Below are positions 52,427 to 62,733 of a stretch of DNA of 64,000 nucleotides, in pieces. The DNA comes from Planctomycetota bacterium (GTDB taxonomy: Bacteria; Planctomycetota; UBA11346): NCBI GenBank assembly GCA_038231435.1, contig JBBRLJ010000001.1, forward strand, positions 256,001-320,000, in the 5' to 3' direction. Below the pieces are notes generated by a model. That model made no database searches. It was not told the DNA's origin and saw nothing but the letters and a program-made list of their open reading frames with translations. The stretch's first letter is position 1. Each line of letters opens with the position of its first letter. A program made the translations under genes and the position numbers.

Positions 52427-53557
52427 ATGCCCGTCCCACCGCTCGTCGACGCGCTGGTGGTCGGAGCGGGCTTCGCGGGCGCGGTAATGGCCGAGCGGCT
52501 GGCCTCCGCCGGGCGCACGGTGCTGGTCATCGACCGGCGGGAGCACATCGGCGGCAACGCCTTCGATGAGCGTGACGCGCACGGGCTGACCGTGCACCGC
52601 TATGGTCCTCACATCTTCCACACCAATGCACCCGAGATCGTCGCGTACCTGTCGCGTTTCACCGCCTGGCGTCCATATGAGCACCGCGTCCGCGCCGAGC
52701 ACCGTGGCATGCTGTTCCCGATCCCGGTGAATCTCGAGACGCTCGAACGCTTCTTCGGACTGACGCTCGACGCCGCCTCGGGCGCGCAGCTGCTTGCGCG
52801 CCTGCGCGTTCCAACCAGAACGCCGAGCGACGGAAAGCCCCGCACCAGCCGCGACGTGGTGCTCGAGGCCATCGGGCCCGAGCTCTACGAGGCGTTCTTC
52901 CGCGGCTACACCCGCAAGCAGTGGGGCCGCGATCCCGACCAGCTCGACGCCCAGGTCACCGCGCGCATCCCGGTGCGCACCGATCGCGACGACCGCTATT
53001 TCACCGATCGCCATCAAGCCATGCCGGCCGAGGGCTACGCCGCCATGTTCCGCCGGGTGCTCGACCATCCGCGCATCCGCGTCGAGACCGCGACCGCGTA
53101 CGATCCGCACCGCCATCGCGCGATGGCGCGGCACCTGGTATGGTCGGGGCCGATCGATGAATTCTATGGCCACCGCTTCGGAAGGCTGCCCTACCGTTCG
53201 CTGCGCTTCGAGCACAGTCACATCGGTGGCACCGAGCGCTTCCAGCCGATCGGCACGGTCAATCATCCCGATGAGGCGGTGCCGTTCACCCGCGTCACCG
53301 AATTCAAGCACCTCACTGGCGAAACCGCGGCCGGCACCTCGATCGTGCGCGAATTCCCCCTCTCTGAGGGCGATCCCTACTACCCGATCCCGGCGCCAGA
53401 CACGCGCGAGCTCTACCTGCGCTACCAGGCGCTCGCCGACGCCGAAACCGACACCACCTTCGTCGGCCGGCTCGCGCAGTACCGCTACTTCAACATGGAC
53501 CAGGTGGTGGCTGCCGCGCTCACGCGCGCCGGACAACTGGTGGGCGCCGACGCATGA
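52427..53557 (+). CDS. glf: UDP-galactopyranose mutase
   Basis: VVGAGFAG, HIGGNAFD, HRYGPHIFHTN, GYTRKQWG, LPYRSL, DPYYP and GRLAQYRYFNMDQ. Confidence 0.95.
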   Translation: MPVPPLVDALVVGAGFAGAVMAERLASAGRTVLVIDRREHIGGNAFDERDAHGLTVHRYGPHIFHTNAPEIVAYLSRFTAWRPYEHRVRAEHRGMLFPIPVNLETLERFFGLTLDAASGAQLLARLRVPTRTPSDGKPRTSRDVVLEAIGPELYEAFFRGYTRKQWGRDPDQLDAQVTARIPVRTDRDDRYFTDRHQAMPAEGYAAMFRRVLDHPRIRVETATAYDPHRHRAMARHLVWSGPIDEFYGHRFGRLPYRSLRFEHSHIGGTERFQPIGTVNHPDEAVPFTRVTEFKHLTGETAAGTSIVREFPLSEGDPYYPIPAPDTRELYLRYQALADAETDTTFVGRLAQYRYFNMDQVVAAALTRAGQLVGADA

Positions 53558-54531
53558 CCTCGGCCACTCCACGCAACCAGTCACAAGAGAGTCCACAGGA
53601 CCATCCACGAGCGGATGAACGCGTCATCGCCGTGGTCGTCACCCATGACCGCCGTGAGCTGCTGGCGCGCTGCCTGCGCGCGATCGCGCGCCAGACCACC
53701 CGTCCGCACCTGGTGCTGGTGATCGACAACGCCTCGACGGACGGCACCGCGGCATGGCTGGCCGAGGCCGCCGCGGGCGATCGCCGGCTGCGCCCGCTCC
53801 ACTCGCGGCTGAACGCGGGTGGCGCCGGCGGTTTCCACCTGGGCATGCGCGCCGCCCTGGCCCTTGGCGCCGCCTGGTTGTGGCTGATGGACGACGATGG
53901 CCAGCCACTGCCGGAGACTCTGGCCCTGCAGCTGGCGCATGCCCGACGCGACCACCTGGACATGTGCGGTCCGCTGGTGCTCGATGAACTCGATCCGACG
54001 CGGCTCGCCTTCGCGCTGAGGAAGCGCTGGACCATCGAGGGCGTGGCGCCACTCGAGCGCGGCGGACTGGTGTGGGGCGAGACCGCGCCGTTCAACGGCA
54101 CGCTGCTCAGGCGATCACTGGTCGAGCGCATCGGCACCGTCGAGCCACGCTTCTTCCTGTGGGGCGACGAAGTCGACTACCAGCTGCGTGCACTGCGCGC
54201 CGGCGCGCGCGTGGCGACAGTGGTGCCGGCGCGCTTCCTGCATCCGCGCCGCGACCGCGACCGTCAGCCGATCCTGGGCGGGAGACTCGGTGAGATCGCC
54301 ACCCGCCCGCCCGCGCTCGCGCCGCGCTACTGGCGCAATCTCGGCGTGCTCGACCGCGCGCACCGCTGGGCGCGTTCGCCGGCGAAGACCTGGCTGCAGC
54401 ACGCGGCCTGGCTGCTGGCGCGGCGGCGCCCGGCGTGGAGCGAGTGGTGGCGTTTCACCCGTGCGTACCGGGCCGGAGCGCGCTGCGGCTGGCCGCGTCC
54501 TGGCCCCGTGGCCCAGCGCGCTACGCTCTGA
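53554..54531 (+). CDS. Glycosyltransferase family 2 (GlfT1/rhamnosyltransferase-like)
   Basis: AVVVTHDR, IDNASTDGT, NAGGAGGF, WLMDDDG, PFNG and FFLWGDEVDY; ATGA-coupled to glf. Confidence 0.88.
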   Translation: MTSATPRNQSQESPQDHPRADERVIAVVVTHDRRELLARCLRAIARQTTRPHLVLVIDNASTDGTAAWLAEAAAGDRRLRPLHSRLNAGGAGGFHLGMRAALALGAAWLWLMDDDGQPLPETLALQLAHARRDHLDMCGPLVLDELDPTRLAFALRKRWTIEGVAPLERGGLVWGETAPFNGTLLRRSLVERIGTVEPRFFLWGDEVDYQLRALRAGARVATVVPARFLHPRRDRDRQPILGGRLGEIATRPPALAPRYWRNLGVLDRAHRWARSPAKTWLQHAAWLLARRRPAWSEWWRFTRAYRAGARCGWPRPGPVAQRATL

Positions 54532-54533
54532 CC

Positions 54534-55838
54534 GTGGCGCGCATCCTCTCGGTCACCGCCTGCTGGCTCCCGGAGCGCATCGACGGCACCATCGTCACCA
54601 TCGGCCAGCTCGCGCGGCGCTGGCAGGGGCGCGGCCACGCGGCGCCGGTCTTCTGCCGCCGCCTGGGCTCGTCCGCGCCCATGCCGGTGATCGACGCAGC
54701 GCGGCCCACGATCGTTCGCGAGTCGCTCGCCGGGGTCAGCGTCATCCGCGCCGAAGTACCGTTGCAGCGGCGCTTCGGCGGCGGTCTCGACCATCCGGAT
54801 GTCGTGAGCCTCTTCGAACAGGCGATGGACGAGGAGCGACCGGACCTCGTCCACTTCCATCACCTCGAGAACCTGTCCTCGCTGCTGCCCGGACGGGTGG
54901 CGGCGCGTGGCTTGCCGAGCGTGATCACCCTGCACGACTTCCACCTGGTCTGCCCGACCGTGCAGCTGATCGGCAACCATGGCCGTCTGTGCCCGGGTCC
55001 GGACGGCGGTCGCCGCTGCGCCAGCTGCTGGCCAGCGTCAGCGCGCGCGGTGCGCGCGCCAGGAAGTCTGCGCGGGCGGCTGCGCCGGCTCGCCGATGTC
55101 GCGCTGCGTAGCAACCGGGCAGCCTTCGTCGCCCGCCATGGCGCCGCCGCGGCGACGCTGCGTGGCGGATCGACCCTGGTATCGCCCACGCGATTCGTCG
55201 CCGAGACCGTCACGCGCATCGCCGAGCTGCCGGCATCAGCCATCGAGGTGATCGGCAACGGCGCCGACGAACGCGCCTCGCCGCGTCCCTGCGCCGCGGG
55301 CACGGCGCCGGTGGTCGGCTTCATGGGTCATCTGCAGCGAGCCAAGGGTCCGCACCTGCTCGCTGCGGCGCTGGCCGGGATCGCTGATCTGCCCTGGAGC
55401 CTGCGCGTGCATGGCGATGGCCCACCAACCTATCGCGACGAGCTGGCGCGCCTGCTGCCCGCCGGCCGGACGACCTGGTCGGGCGCGTATGCGCCCGGAG
55501 AAGCCGAGGATCTGCTCGCGGGCATCGACGTGCTGGTGGTGCCGAGCACCTGGCCCGAGACGTTCTCGCTGGTCACCGCGCAGGCGCTCGCCGCCGGCGT
55601 GCCCTGCGTGGTCGCCGGCTGGGGCGGCCCCGCCGAACTGGTGCGCGATGGCGTCGATGGGCTGCACGTCAAGCCGGGCGACGCAGACGATCTGCGCGAG
55701 ACCCTGCGCCGCCTCCTCGGCCAGCCGCGCGCGATTCTCGACCTCGCAGCCGGCGCCGCGGCGCGCCCGCGCCGCACCTGGGACGTGGTCGCTGACGATT
55801 ATGCGCGGCTGTTCGCGCGGCTCGGGGTGGCGCTCTAG
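54534..55838 (+). CDS. Glycosyltransferase family 4
   Basis: PDLVHFHH, TLHDFHLVCP, GFMGHL...KG and PS.WPETFSLV..QALAAGVP. Confidence 0.88.
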   Translation: MARILSVTACWLPERIDGTIVTIGQLARRWQGRGHAAPVFCRRLGSSAPMPVIDAARPTIVRESLAGVSVIRAEVPLQRRFGGGLDHPDVVSLFEQAMDEERPDLVHFHHLENLSSLLPGRVAARGLPSVITLHDFHLVCPTVQLIGNHGRLCPGPDGGRRCASCWPASARAVRAPGSLRGRLRRLADVALRSNRAAFVARHGAAAATLRGGSTLVSPTRFVAETVTRIAELPASAIEVIGNGADERASPRPCAAGTAPVVGFMGHLQRAKGPHLLAAALAGIADLPWSLRVHGDGPPTYRDELARLLPAGRTTWSGAYAPGEAEDLLAGIDVLVVPSTWPETFSLVTAQALAAGVPCVVAGWGGPAELVRDGVDGLHVKPGDADDLRETLRRLLGQPRAILDLAAGAAARPRRTWDVVADDYARLFARLGVAL

Positions 55839-56866
55839 CCGCTCCCCCGATCAAGGCGCCTGAGCGCGCGCGTGGCGCGGCTGAGCGCGGCGAAACCGCT
55901 CCACGCGTTCATCGCCTTGATGCGGGCGGTACCGTAGAACGGCGCCAGCGCGGCGGTGTAGAGGACCTGTAGCGGCCGCAGCATCCTAGCGAATAGCGGC
56001 TCATCCGCGTGGATGATGATCCAGTCGAGAGGCCAGCGCAGGAGCAGGTACCACAGCACCAGGGGTATAGGCTCACGGGCGTAGCGCACCTGCTGTTGGA
56101 CGAGTTCGCGGATGATCGCCGTCCCTCCCCGGCTGGTCTTGTTGGTGCCGCTCGTGTACGCGATGCTGAGGACGTCATCGACGCATCGCCACCGCGCACC
56201 AGCCTCGCGCAATCGGTTCCACAGTTCAGAATCCATCGAATAGTGGAAACGCTCGCGCAACAGCCGATCCACCCGCATAGCCGGTCGGCGGAAGAAGCAG
56301 CTGGACTGGGGCACCGGATTGAGGTGCGGCATCAGCGCCAGTGTTTCCGCGCTGGCACCGACGATGCTCTCGTCGGCCGATCCCACATCGCGGCGGACGC
56401 AGCGTCCGACCACCACGTCGACATCGGCTTCAGTGAAGCATGCGCCAACGCGGTCCAGGGCACCGGGAGCGAGGACGTCGTCGCAACACAGCCAGCCGAA
56501 CACCATCCCGGTCGCGCGCGCGAAGCCCTGGTTCAGCGCGTGGGATTGGCCGCGATCGGAACGGGAGGACCAGAAATCGATCCATGGAGCGTAGGTGCGC
56601 AGCACCTCGACGGTGCGATCGGTGCTGCCGCCATCGATCACCAGCAATTGGAGATCGGCGTATCCCTGCAGGATGATCGAGCGCAGGCAACGCTCGATGT
56701 CCTCGCCCTGGTTGAACGACGGCACCACCAGCGTGATGCGCGGCAGGCGCTGGTGGTTGGAGGCGCGGGGTCGATCGGCTTCGGTCGCGGCTGGCGTCCA
56801 TGGCCATCCGCTGCCGCCTGGCGGTCTTGGCAGCTCCGACACGGTGGGTTTCCGGGATCCTCTCAT
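55835..56866 (-). CDS. Glycosyltransferase family 2
   Basis: GWPW...LPRITLVVPSFNQG, IDGGSTD, DRGQSHALNQGF, WLCCDD and HYSMD. Confidence 0.88.
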   Translation of the reverse strand: MRGSRKPTVSELPRPPGGSGWPWTPAATEADRPRASNHQRLPRITLVVPSFNQGEDIERCLRSIILQGYADLQLLVIDGGSTDRTVEVLRTYAPWIDFWSSRSDRGQSHALNQGFARATGMVFGWLCCDDVLAPGALDRVGACFTEADVDVVVGRCVRRDVGSADESIVGASAETLALMPHLNPVPQSSCFFRRPAMRVDRLLRERFHYSMDSELWNRLREAGARWRCVDDVLSIAYTSGTNKTSRGGTAIIRELVQQQVRYAREPIPLVLWYLLLRWPLDWIIIHADEPLFARMLRPLQVLYTAALAPFYGTARIKAMNAWSGFAALSRATRALRRLDRGSG

Positions 56867-58209
56867 GCGCGCCCGCTGAGCGCATCGGCGTACCAATCGA
56901 TGTAGCTGCCGACCATGCGCTCGAGATCGTGCTCCGCCCGGTGGGCCACGGCCGCGGCGGCCATCCCAGATAGGCGCTCTGGAGCGTGCAGCAGGGCGAG
57001 CACGGCTTCCGCCAGCGACTTGGGATCGCGCGGTGGCACCAGCATCCCGGTCACGCCATCACGGATCTGTTCGGGGATCCCGCCTACGGCGGTGCCGACC
57101 ACCGGTGTGCCACAGGCCAAGGCTTCGATCACGGTCGTCGGATAGGTATCCGCCAGGGCGGCGTGGACGTAGAGGTCCGCGGCGCGGTAGTACGCGGCGA
57201 CGATGCGGCGATCGTGCTGATAGGGAACGAACAGGATGCCCGCCGGGTCTTCGCCGTGCGTGGCCGCGTCTGCTGTCGAGGACGTGCCCTCGCCCAGTCC
57301 GACAAGTAGCGGAGCCTGGCGCGGATCCGAAACCATCATCGTCAGCGCCGCGCGCAACGTGGCGAAATCCTTGAACTGGTTGGCGCGGATGCCATTCGCC
57401 ACGAAGAGGATGATTTGGCGATCCAGCGGCAGACCCAATTCTCGTCGCGCGGAGTTGCGATCGCCATGGGCGAAGATCGCCAGATCGACGCCATTAGGGA
57501 TCACCCGCGCCTCCACCATGGATTCGGCCAGCAGCGATGACCGCGCCATGTCCATGAGCCAGCGCGACGGCGCGGCGATGCGCAGGCGGCAGCGCGCGAG
57601 GATGTCGCGCTTGCGCTTCCAGTTGGCGGCGGTCGCATCGCGGCGGACGGCAGGGTACGTCGACAAGTATGGGCAGCTGCCGCAGCCGCTCGCCCAGCGC
57701 TGGCAATCGAAGGCGTACGCGCAGTGGCCCGACAACAGCCAACTGTCGTGGAGTGTGAGGAACGTCGGCACGCTGGCGCTCAACGTGGGCAATGCGCGCA
57801 GGTCGAAATAACCGCCATGGAGATTGTGGCAATGCAGGATCCGCGGCCGCCACGGCGGCAACGACAGGATATCGGCGGAGCGTGGCGACGAACGGAATTC
57901 CTCATGGCCCCGGAAAGCGTCCCAGCCGCGCAGCGGATGCGCGAGCGCGCGTAGGCCTGAACCCAGCGCGCGGCCAAGCGCGCCCAGGCCTTCGATCGCC
58001 GTTCTCGGCTGGAGCATCCTGGGTTTGGCTCCTGGGATCGCCGACACGAACGGGTCGTTCCCGGTCCTGGTACCGACTGCGGTCCAGCAGGCATGGCCCC
58101 GGTCGCGCAATGAACCGGCCAAGTCGGAGGCGATGCGCTCGGCCCCGCCGGCGCTGTCCCGGGCGCTGACCTGGAGCACGCGTAATGGTGCCGTGAGCGC
58201 GTCAGGCAT
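56863..58209 (-). CDS. Glycosyltransferase family 4 (WcaC-like)
   Basis: GGAE, HNLHGGYF, TLHDSWLLSGHC, VIPNGVD and DTYPTTVIEALACGTPVV. Confidence 0.9.
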   Translation of the reverse strand: MPDALTAPLRVLQVSARDSAGGAERIASDLAGSLRDRGHACWTAVGTRTGNDPFVSAIPGAKPRMLQPRTAIEGLGALGRALGSGLRALAHPLRGWDAFRGHEEFRSSPRSADILSLPPWRPRILHCHNLHGGYFDLRALPTLSASVPTFLTLHDSWLLSGHCAYAFDCQRWASGCGSCPYLSTYPAVRRDATAANWKRKRDILARCRLRIAAPSRWLMDMARSSLLAESMVEARVIPNGVDLAIFAHGDRNSARRELGLPLDRQIILFVANGIRANQFKDFATLRAALTMMVSDPRQAPLLVGLGEGTSSTADAATHGEDPAGILFVPYQHDRRIVAAYYRAADLYVHAALADTYPTTVIEALACGTPVVGTAVGGIPEQIRDGVTGMLVPPRDPKSLAEAVLALLHAPERLSGMAAAAVAHRAEHDLERMVGSYIDWYADALSGRA

Positions 58210-59020
58210 CGCGGCCAGCCACGTCGAAGGGTCCCGGTGCCGGCGGCGATGAAGCCGGCGACGTGCCCGAGCTGGCGAGGACCGTGTAGGCGTCGTAGGT
58301 GAATTCGTCTGCGTACCTGCGACCTTTCCTCAAACGGACCAGATGTTTCCTCAGCATGTCCCAACGCAGACGCGTCTCGCTGAACACGTTCCGCCGAACC
58401 TGGTGGTTCTGGTACGCATCGTAGCGGCGCAGCTCGAGGTCGAGATCGCTGTGGCGATCGGCGACGATGGCGAAACCCTCTGACTTCAGCAGGAAGCGCA
58501 GGGTCGAGGGCGTGAACACGTTGATGTGCCCGTAGGATAGGTAGTGCTCGGCCTGCGTGTCCACTCCGATGCAGTAATCGCAGGGAACCTCGATGACCTG
58601 CTGCTTCGAGATGCGCCTGATCTCGCGCAGGGCGGGGCGCACATGTTCGACGTGCTCGAGCACGTGAGACAGCACGCAGAGGTCGAAGTGCCCATCGGCG
58701 AATGACGTGCGATAGCCGTCGAAGAGCTCGACCGACGCGAGGCCCGGGATGCGCCACTTGCGGATCGCGTCGACGCCGCTCGGCGATACCTCGAGCGCAT
58801 GCAGTTCGGAGCCGATGCCGGCCTCGGCGAGACGCTGGAGGATGCTGCCTTCCCCTGCCCCCCATTCGAGGATCCGCGCGAAGGAGCGGCCGCCACAGAG
58901 CGCGAGGATGTTGCGCGTCTTGCCCGTCGCTCCCAGTTCACGCCAGGGTGTCAGGCCGTCGTGGTACCAGTCATCATAGGCGCGCGACAGGGACGCGTCG
59001 ATCGACAAGGGTGTCTTCAT
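58202..59020 (-). CDS. Class I SAM-dependent methyltransferase
   Basis: ILEWGAGEG, FDLCVLSHVLEHV and IEVP. Confidence 0.88.
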   Translation of the reverse strand: MKTPLSIDASLSRAYDDWYHDGLTPWRELGATGKTRNILALCGGRSFARILEWGAGEGSILQRLAEAGIGSELHALEVSPSGVDAIRKWRIPGLASVELFDGYRTSFADGHFDLCVLSHVLEHVEHVRPALREIRRISKQQVIEVPCDYCIGVDTQAEHYLSYGHINVFTPSTLRFLLKSEGFAIVADRHSDLDLELRRYDAYQNHQVRRNVFSETRLRWDMLRKHLVRLRKGRRYADEFTYDAYTVLASSGTSPASSPPAPGPFDVAGRDA

Positions 59021-60090
59021 CGCGTCAAGCCGATCCGCTGGCACAAGGCCGAGCCGACACGGCCCGCTTTTCCACAAGCGCGGCGCCAGAATCGATCGAG
59101 CGGCTCCGCGATCCTCATCGCGCTCTTGCCGAGGCGATACCATGGCGAATCGAGCAGGCGCCGGATGTCGTCAAGGGGACGCACCTCGATACGCATCGCG
59201 CCTGAGGCGACGTCCGCCATGAGGGCACGCGCCTGCGGCGGATGCTCCCCGGTGAAGCGTTCGAGCCAGCCGGGGAATTCATACACATTGTGCAGGCGGA
59301 ACGGCCGCGCGAGGCGCAGGTATTCCTCTTCCGCCCAGCGCAACGCGCCCTCGCGATCGGCCCAGGAAGCCTTGCTGTAGTACTCGCACTTCTCCATCAC
59401 CTGCTTGGGGAAGACCAGGGAATAGTGGTAGAGGAATATCCCCTCGCGAGCGAGCTCGCGGTCCGACAGCCAGCCGCGCCGGCGCAGGTCGATGCCGGAG
59501 CCGTCGACGACCGTGGGCGGGCGATGAGCCGCATAGCGGTAGCCAGGCTGCCAGCGGAACACGCGGTGGAAGGTGTTGCCGCCACGCATGAGGTACCAGC
59601 CGTCGACGTACTGTTCGAACCCGCCCCAGAACTGGATCTGATGGAGCGAGGCCGCCTGCAGCTCGGGGCGCGCGGCGAACAGCTCGAGGATCCGCGCCAT
59701 GTCGCGCGGGTGGTAGAATTCGTCGATATCGATCTGCCAAAGGATATCCCCGGTGCAGCGCTCCGCGTACGCCTGGGACATCTCGTCCTTCTCGAGCCAG
59801 AAGCCATCCTTGGTGACGATCTGTATCTTGCCTTGGGGATCCTCGTCGCGAGCGAAGGCGCGCAGGATCTCCAGGGTGCCGTCTCGCGAGTGCCCGTCGG
59901 CGGTGGCGATGCCCGCGGCCGCCGAGCACGCGCCTTCGACGACGATGATCTGATGGGCGAAAGGATACAGCGCGCGCAAGCAATAGCGGGTGAACGGCTC
60001 GCCATCGAGGACTATGAGGCCGAACGTCACCCGCAATGGCGTGCGTGGCGCTTCACCGGCCAGCGGCGGCGAAGGGAACGGCTCAGCCAT
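59017..60090 (-). CDS. GT-A fold glycosyltransferase (GT2-like)
   Basis: TFGLIVLDGEPF, IIVVEGA, SRDGT, EKDEM and WQIDIDEFY (DxD). Confidence 0.8.
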   Translation of the reverse strand: MAEPFPSPPLAGEAPRTPLRVTFGLIVLDGEPFTRYCLRALYPFAHQIIVVEGACSAAAGIATADGHSRDGTLEILRAFARDEDPQGKIQIVTKDGFWLEKDEMSQAYAERCTGDILWQIDIDEFYHPRDMARILELFAARPELQAASLHQIQFWGGFEQYVDGWYLMRGGNTFHRVFRWQPGYRYAAHRPPTVVDGSGIDLRRRGWLSDRELAREGIFLYHYSLVFPKQVMEKCEYYSKASWADREGALRWAEEEYLRLARPFRLHNVYEFPGWLERFTGEHPPQARALMADVASGAMRIEVRPLDDIRRLLDSPWYRLGKSAMRIAEPLDRFWRRACGKAGRVGSALCQRIGLTR

Positions 60091-60802
60091 GGGCGCCTCC
60101 CGCCGGAGCCTGCCGCGCGGCGATCCAGGCCGGCTCGGCATAGAAGCACGACTTGAAGGTCTTGGCGAAGAGCACGTAGCCCAGGCTCGCGAGGTGGGAG
60201 CTGATCTGGTTTTCCGATACCATGGCGATGCTCGCGAGCGCGCATTCGGCGATCACGATGCGCGGCCGGAAGCGTGCCCAATCGTTCGAGCGCAGCACGT
60301 CGAGGTCGCGCCCCTCGGCGTCGACGCTCAGGAAGTCTATGGTCGCACCGGCGGGCAGATGGCGATCCAGCAAAACGGACAATGGCTGCTGCGGCACGAC
60401 CACCGAGCTGGTTATGTGGTAGCGGTGGTTTTCCTGGCCCTTCGCCACCCGTTCGTCGAAGGTGTTGAGCGCCGGTTCGTTGAACAGGAAGAACCTGCAC
60501 TCGCCGGCGTGCTCGGCGACGCCGCATTCGATGTTCACGTCGCGTGGTCTTGACTTCGAGAATGCGGCCATGCTGCCAGGGGTGGCATCGATGTTGATGC
60601 CGCGCCAACCACGCTGGTAGAAGAGCCAGGTGTTGGAGAACCGGTGGGGATGATGGGCACCGACATCCACATAGAATCCGCTTTGCTGTTCGCCGAAGAT
60701 GCGGCCCAGCACGAGGTCCTCCCCCTCCTGCGCGTACGAAGGCGTGCTGAATCGCGCGGTGCGCCTGCGCTTCAGGAAGGCCCTGATATTGGGGATGCGC
60801 AT
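60083..60802 (-). CDS. FkbM family methyltransferase
   Basis: SYAQEGED, YVDVGAHHP..FSNT, GWRGINID and IDFLSVDAEG.DLDVL; AAGGAGG RBS. Confidence 0.92.
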   Translation of the reverse strand: MRIPNIRAFLKRRRTARFSTPSYAQEGEDLVLGRIFGEQQSGFYVDVGAHHPHRFSNTWLFYQRGWRGINIDATPGSMAAFSKSRPRDVNIECGVAEHAGECRFFLFNEPALNTFDERVAKGQENHRYHITSSVVVPQQPLSVLLDRHLPAGATIDFLSVDAEGRDLDVLRSNDWARFRPRIVIAECALASIAMVSENQISSHLASLGYVLFAKTFKSCFYAEPAWIAARQAPAGGAHG

Positions 60803-60965
60803 CACCATCCTCCTTCGCGGTTGCGTGAGCCATCGTACATGGAGGAGAGACGAGGACGGATGGAGGATGCTCGCTCGTCGGCCTCCGCCCGCTCCATGCG
60901 CATCGTCTCGTGCAAGGCCAGCCCACGGCCGAGCAGCAGGATGTCGCGGGCCGCCGACGACACCT

Positions 60966-62732
60966 TCATGCGGGCTCCGTCTCGCTAGGCGTTGCTGGGG
61001 CGTGGGCATCCGGCTGCACACGGTTCAGCCCCGCGAGATCGATGACCTCGTCCACGCGGGCGCGGATCCAGGGGTCATGGGTGACGAAGATGACGATCCT
61101 GTTGTGATATGACCCGAGGATGCGCTCGACGAGCGCATCGCGGGTCTCGCGGTCGAGGGAGGCGGTGGCCTCGTCCAGGATCAGGACATCCGCTTCGCGC
61201 ACCAGCGCCCTGGCGATGCCGATGCGTTGGCGCTGCCCGCCGGAGAGGTTGGCTCCCTGGTAATTGAGGCGGGTGTCGTAGCCCGCGGGAAGCGCGGCGA
61301 TGAACGGAGCGATGCACGCCGCCTCGGCGGCGGCGCGCACGCGAGCGTCCGTGGTGGTGGCGCCGAAGGAGATGTTGGTCATCACCGTATCGTTGAAGAT
61401 GGTCGTCTGCTGCCCGAGCAGGACCACGCGCTCGCGCAGCGAGCGCAGGCTCACGCGCTCGATCGGCATGCCATTGATCGAAATCGATCCAGCGTCCACG
61501 CGGCGCAGACCCAGGAGGAGATCCAACAGGGTCGATTTTCCGCATCCGGAAGGCCCGACGATGGCGTACGACCGGCCGGCGCGCAACGCGATGCTCACGC
61601 CATCCAGGACCGGTGCCCTTCCAGGGTACGAGAACCCCACGCCGGTGAGTGCGATCTCCGTGACTGGACGCCCGAGGACGGTGCTTCCGTCCCAGCCCCC
61701 AGCAGGCTCGTCGAGCAGCCCGGTCATGTCCCGTCCGGCCTTGGCATCGGCGACGATCCGCAGCGACACGTTCAGACATTGGCCGATGACCGGGAAGAAG
61801 CGCAGCAGCAGGAACAGGAGCGTCGCGGCGAAGGCCAGATCAACAGAGCCGTCGGCCGGAGCCCAGATCAGCATCACCACGGCGAACAGCGCCAACAGGC
61901 ATGCCGCCGGGGCGGAGCGGGCCATGGTGTTGATGGCATCGATCGTGAACAGCACGCGTGTGTAGCTGTGAATGGCGGCTCGATGTGCGAGACTCACGTA
62001 GTGCTCACCGGAAAATGCGCGCACCGAGCGCACTCCATTCAGGGAATCCAGCAGAATCGATCCCGCTTCGCCCTGCAACTCGGTACGTCGCGCACCGAGC
62101 CGATCGGTGGCGCGAAACGCTCGCAGCAGGATCAGCAGCGACAGGCAGAGCAGGCACGACACCATCAGGCAGGCGGCTGGGGAATACCAAGCAATGGCGA
62201 GGAAGTACACGCCGGCGAGCGCCGCGGCCGACAGCCACTGGCCGAGGTTCTCAACCACCGATCCGGCCCGAGCCGATTCATCGCCGGTCAAGGTGATATA
62301 GTAACCGATGCTCTTGTCTTCGATCTCCTTGAGGCTGAAATCGCGGATGATGCGATCGAATGCGATCGCCGACAGCTGGGTCTGCACGCATTTCCCGATA
62401 TGGTTGGAAAGCATGTGGCTGCCTAGTTGCGTGATCAGCCGGGCCAACAGCACCAGAGCGAAGAGCACCAGCAGGTTTTTCATGTCCGGCCGAATCCCGA
62501 TCGCGAGCAGCACGGTCGGCAGACGGTCTCCGGCAGGGATCTTCTGCCCGGATACAATCAGGGATGCGTAATAGACTGATCCCATCGCCACCAGCTCGGC
62601 GACCAGCGACATCGCCACGATGATCGAGCCGGCGTACATCAGCGGATTGCGCGCGAAGGCGAAACGCAGCAGCCTCAGCAGGTAGTGCGCGCTCCTGGCG
62701 GTGGCGCTCGCCGGATGGGTCGGCTCGGTCAT
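60966..62732 (-). CDS. ABC exporter, fused permease + ATPase (MsbA/PglK-like)
   Basis: About six TM helices, Walker A GPSGCGKST, LSGGQRQR and ILDEATASLD. Confidence 0.92.
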   Translation of the reverse strand: MTEPTHPASATARSAHYLLRLLRFAFARNPLMYAGSIIVAMSLVAELVAMGSVYYASLIVSGQKIPAGDRLPTVLLAIGIRPDMKNLLVLFALVLLARLITQLGSHMLSNHIGKCVQTQLSAIAFDRIIRDFSLKEIEDKSIGYYITLTGDESARAGSVVENLGQWLSAAALAGVYFLAIAWYSPAACLMVSCLLCLSLLILLRAFRATDRLGARRTELQGEAGSILLDSLNGVRSVRAFSGEHYVSLAHRAAIHSYTRVLFTIDAINTMARSAPAACLLALFAVVMLIWAPADGSVDLAFAATLLFLLLRFFPVIGQCLNVSLRIVADAKAGRDMTGLLDEPAGGWDGSTVLGRPVTEIALTGVGFSYPGRAPVLDGVSIALRAGRSYAIVGPSGCGKSTLLDLLLGLRRVDAGSISINGMPIERVSLRSLRERVVLLGQQTTIFNDTVMTNISFGATTTDARVRAAAEAACIAPFIAALPAGYDTRLNYQGANLSGGQRQRIGIARALVREADVLILDEATASLDRETRDALVERILGSYHNRIVIFVTHDPWIRARVDEVIDLAGLNRVQPDAHAPATPSETEPA

Positions 62733-62733
62733 G

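Noticed and set aside
51263..53608. Two ~760-aa ORFs overlapping on opposite strands
   Set aside because: Each is a real gene (glf or ubiA-like) extended upstream through the antisense of the other; stop-poor shadow frames are expected at this GC
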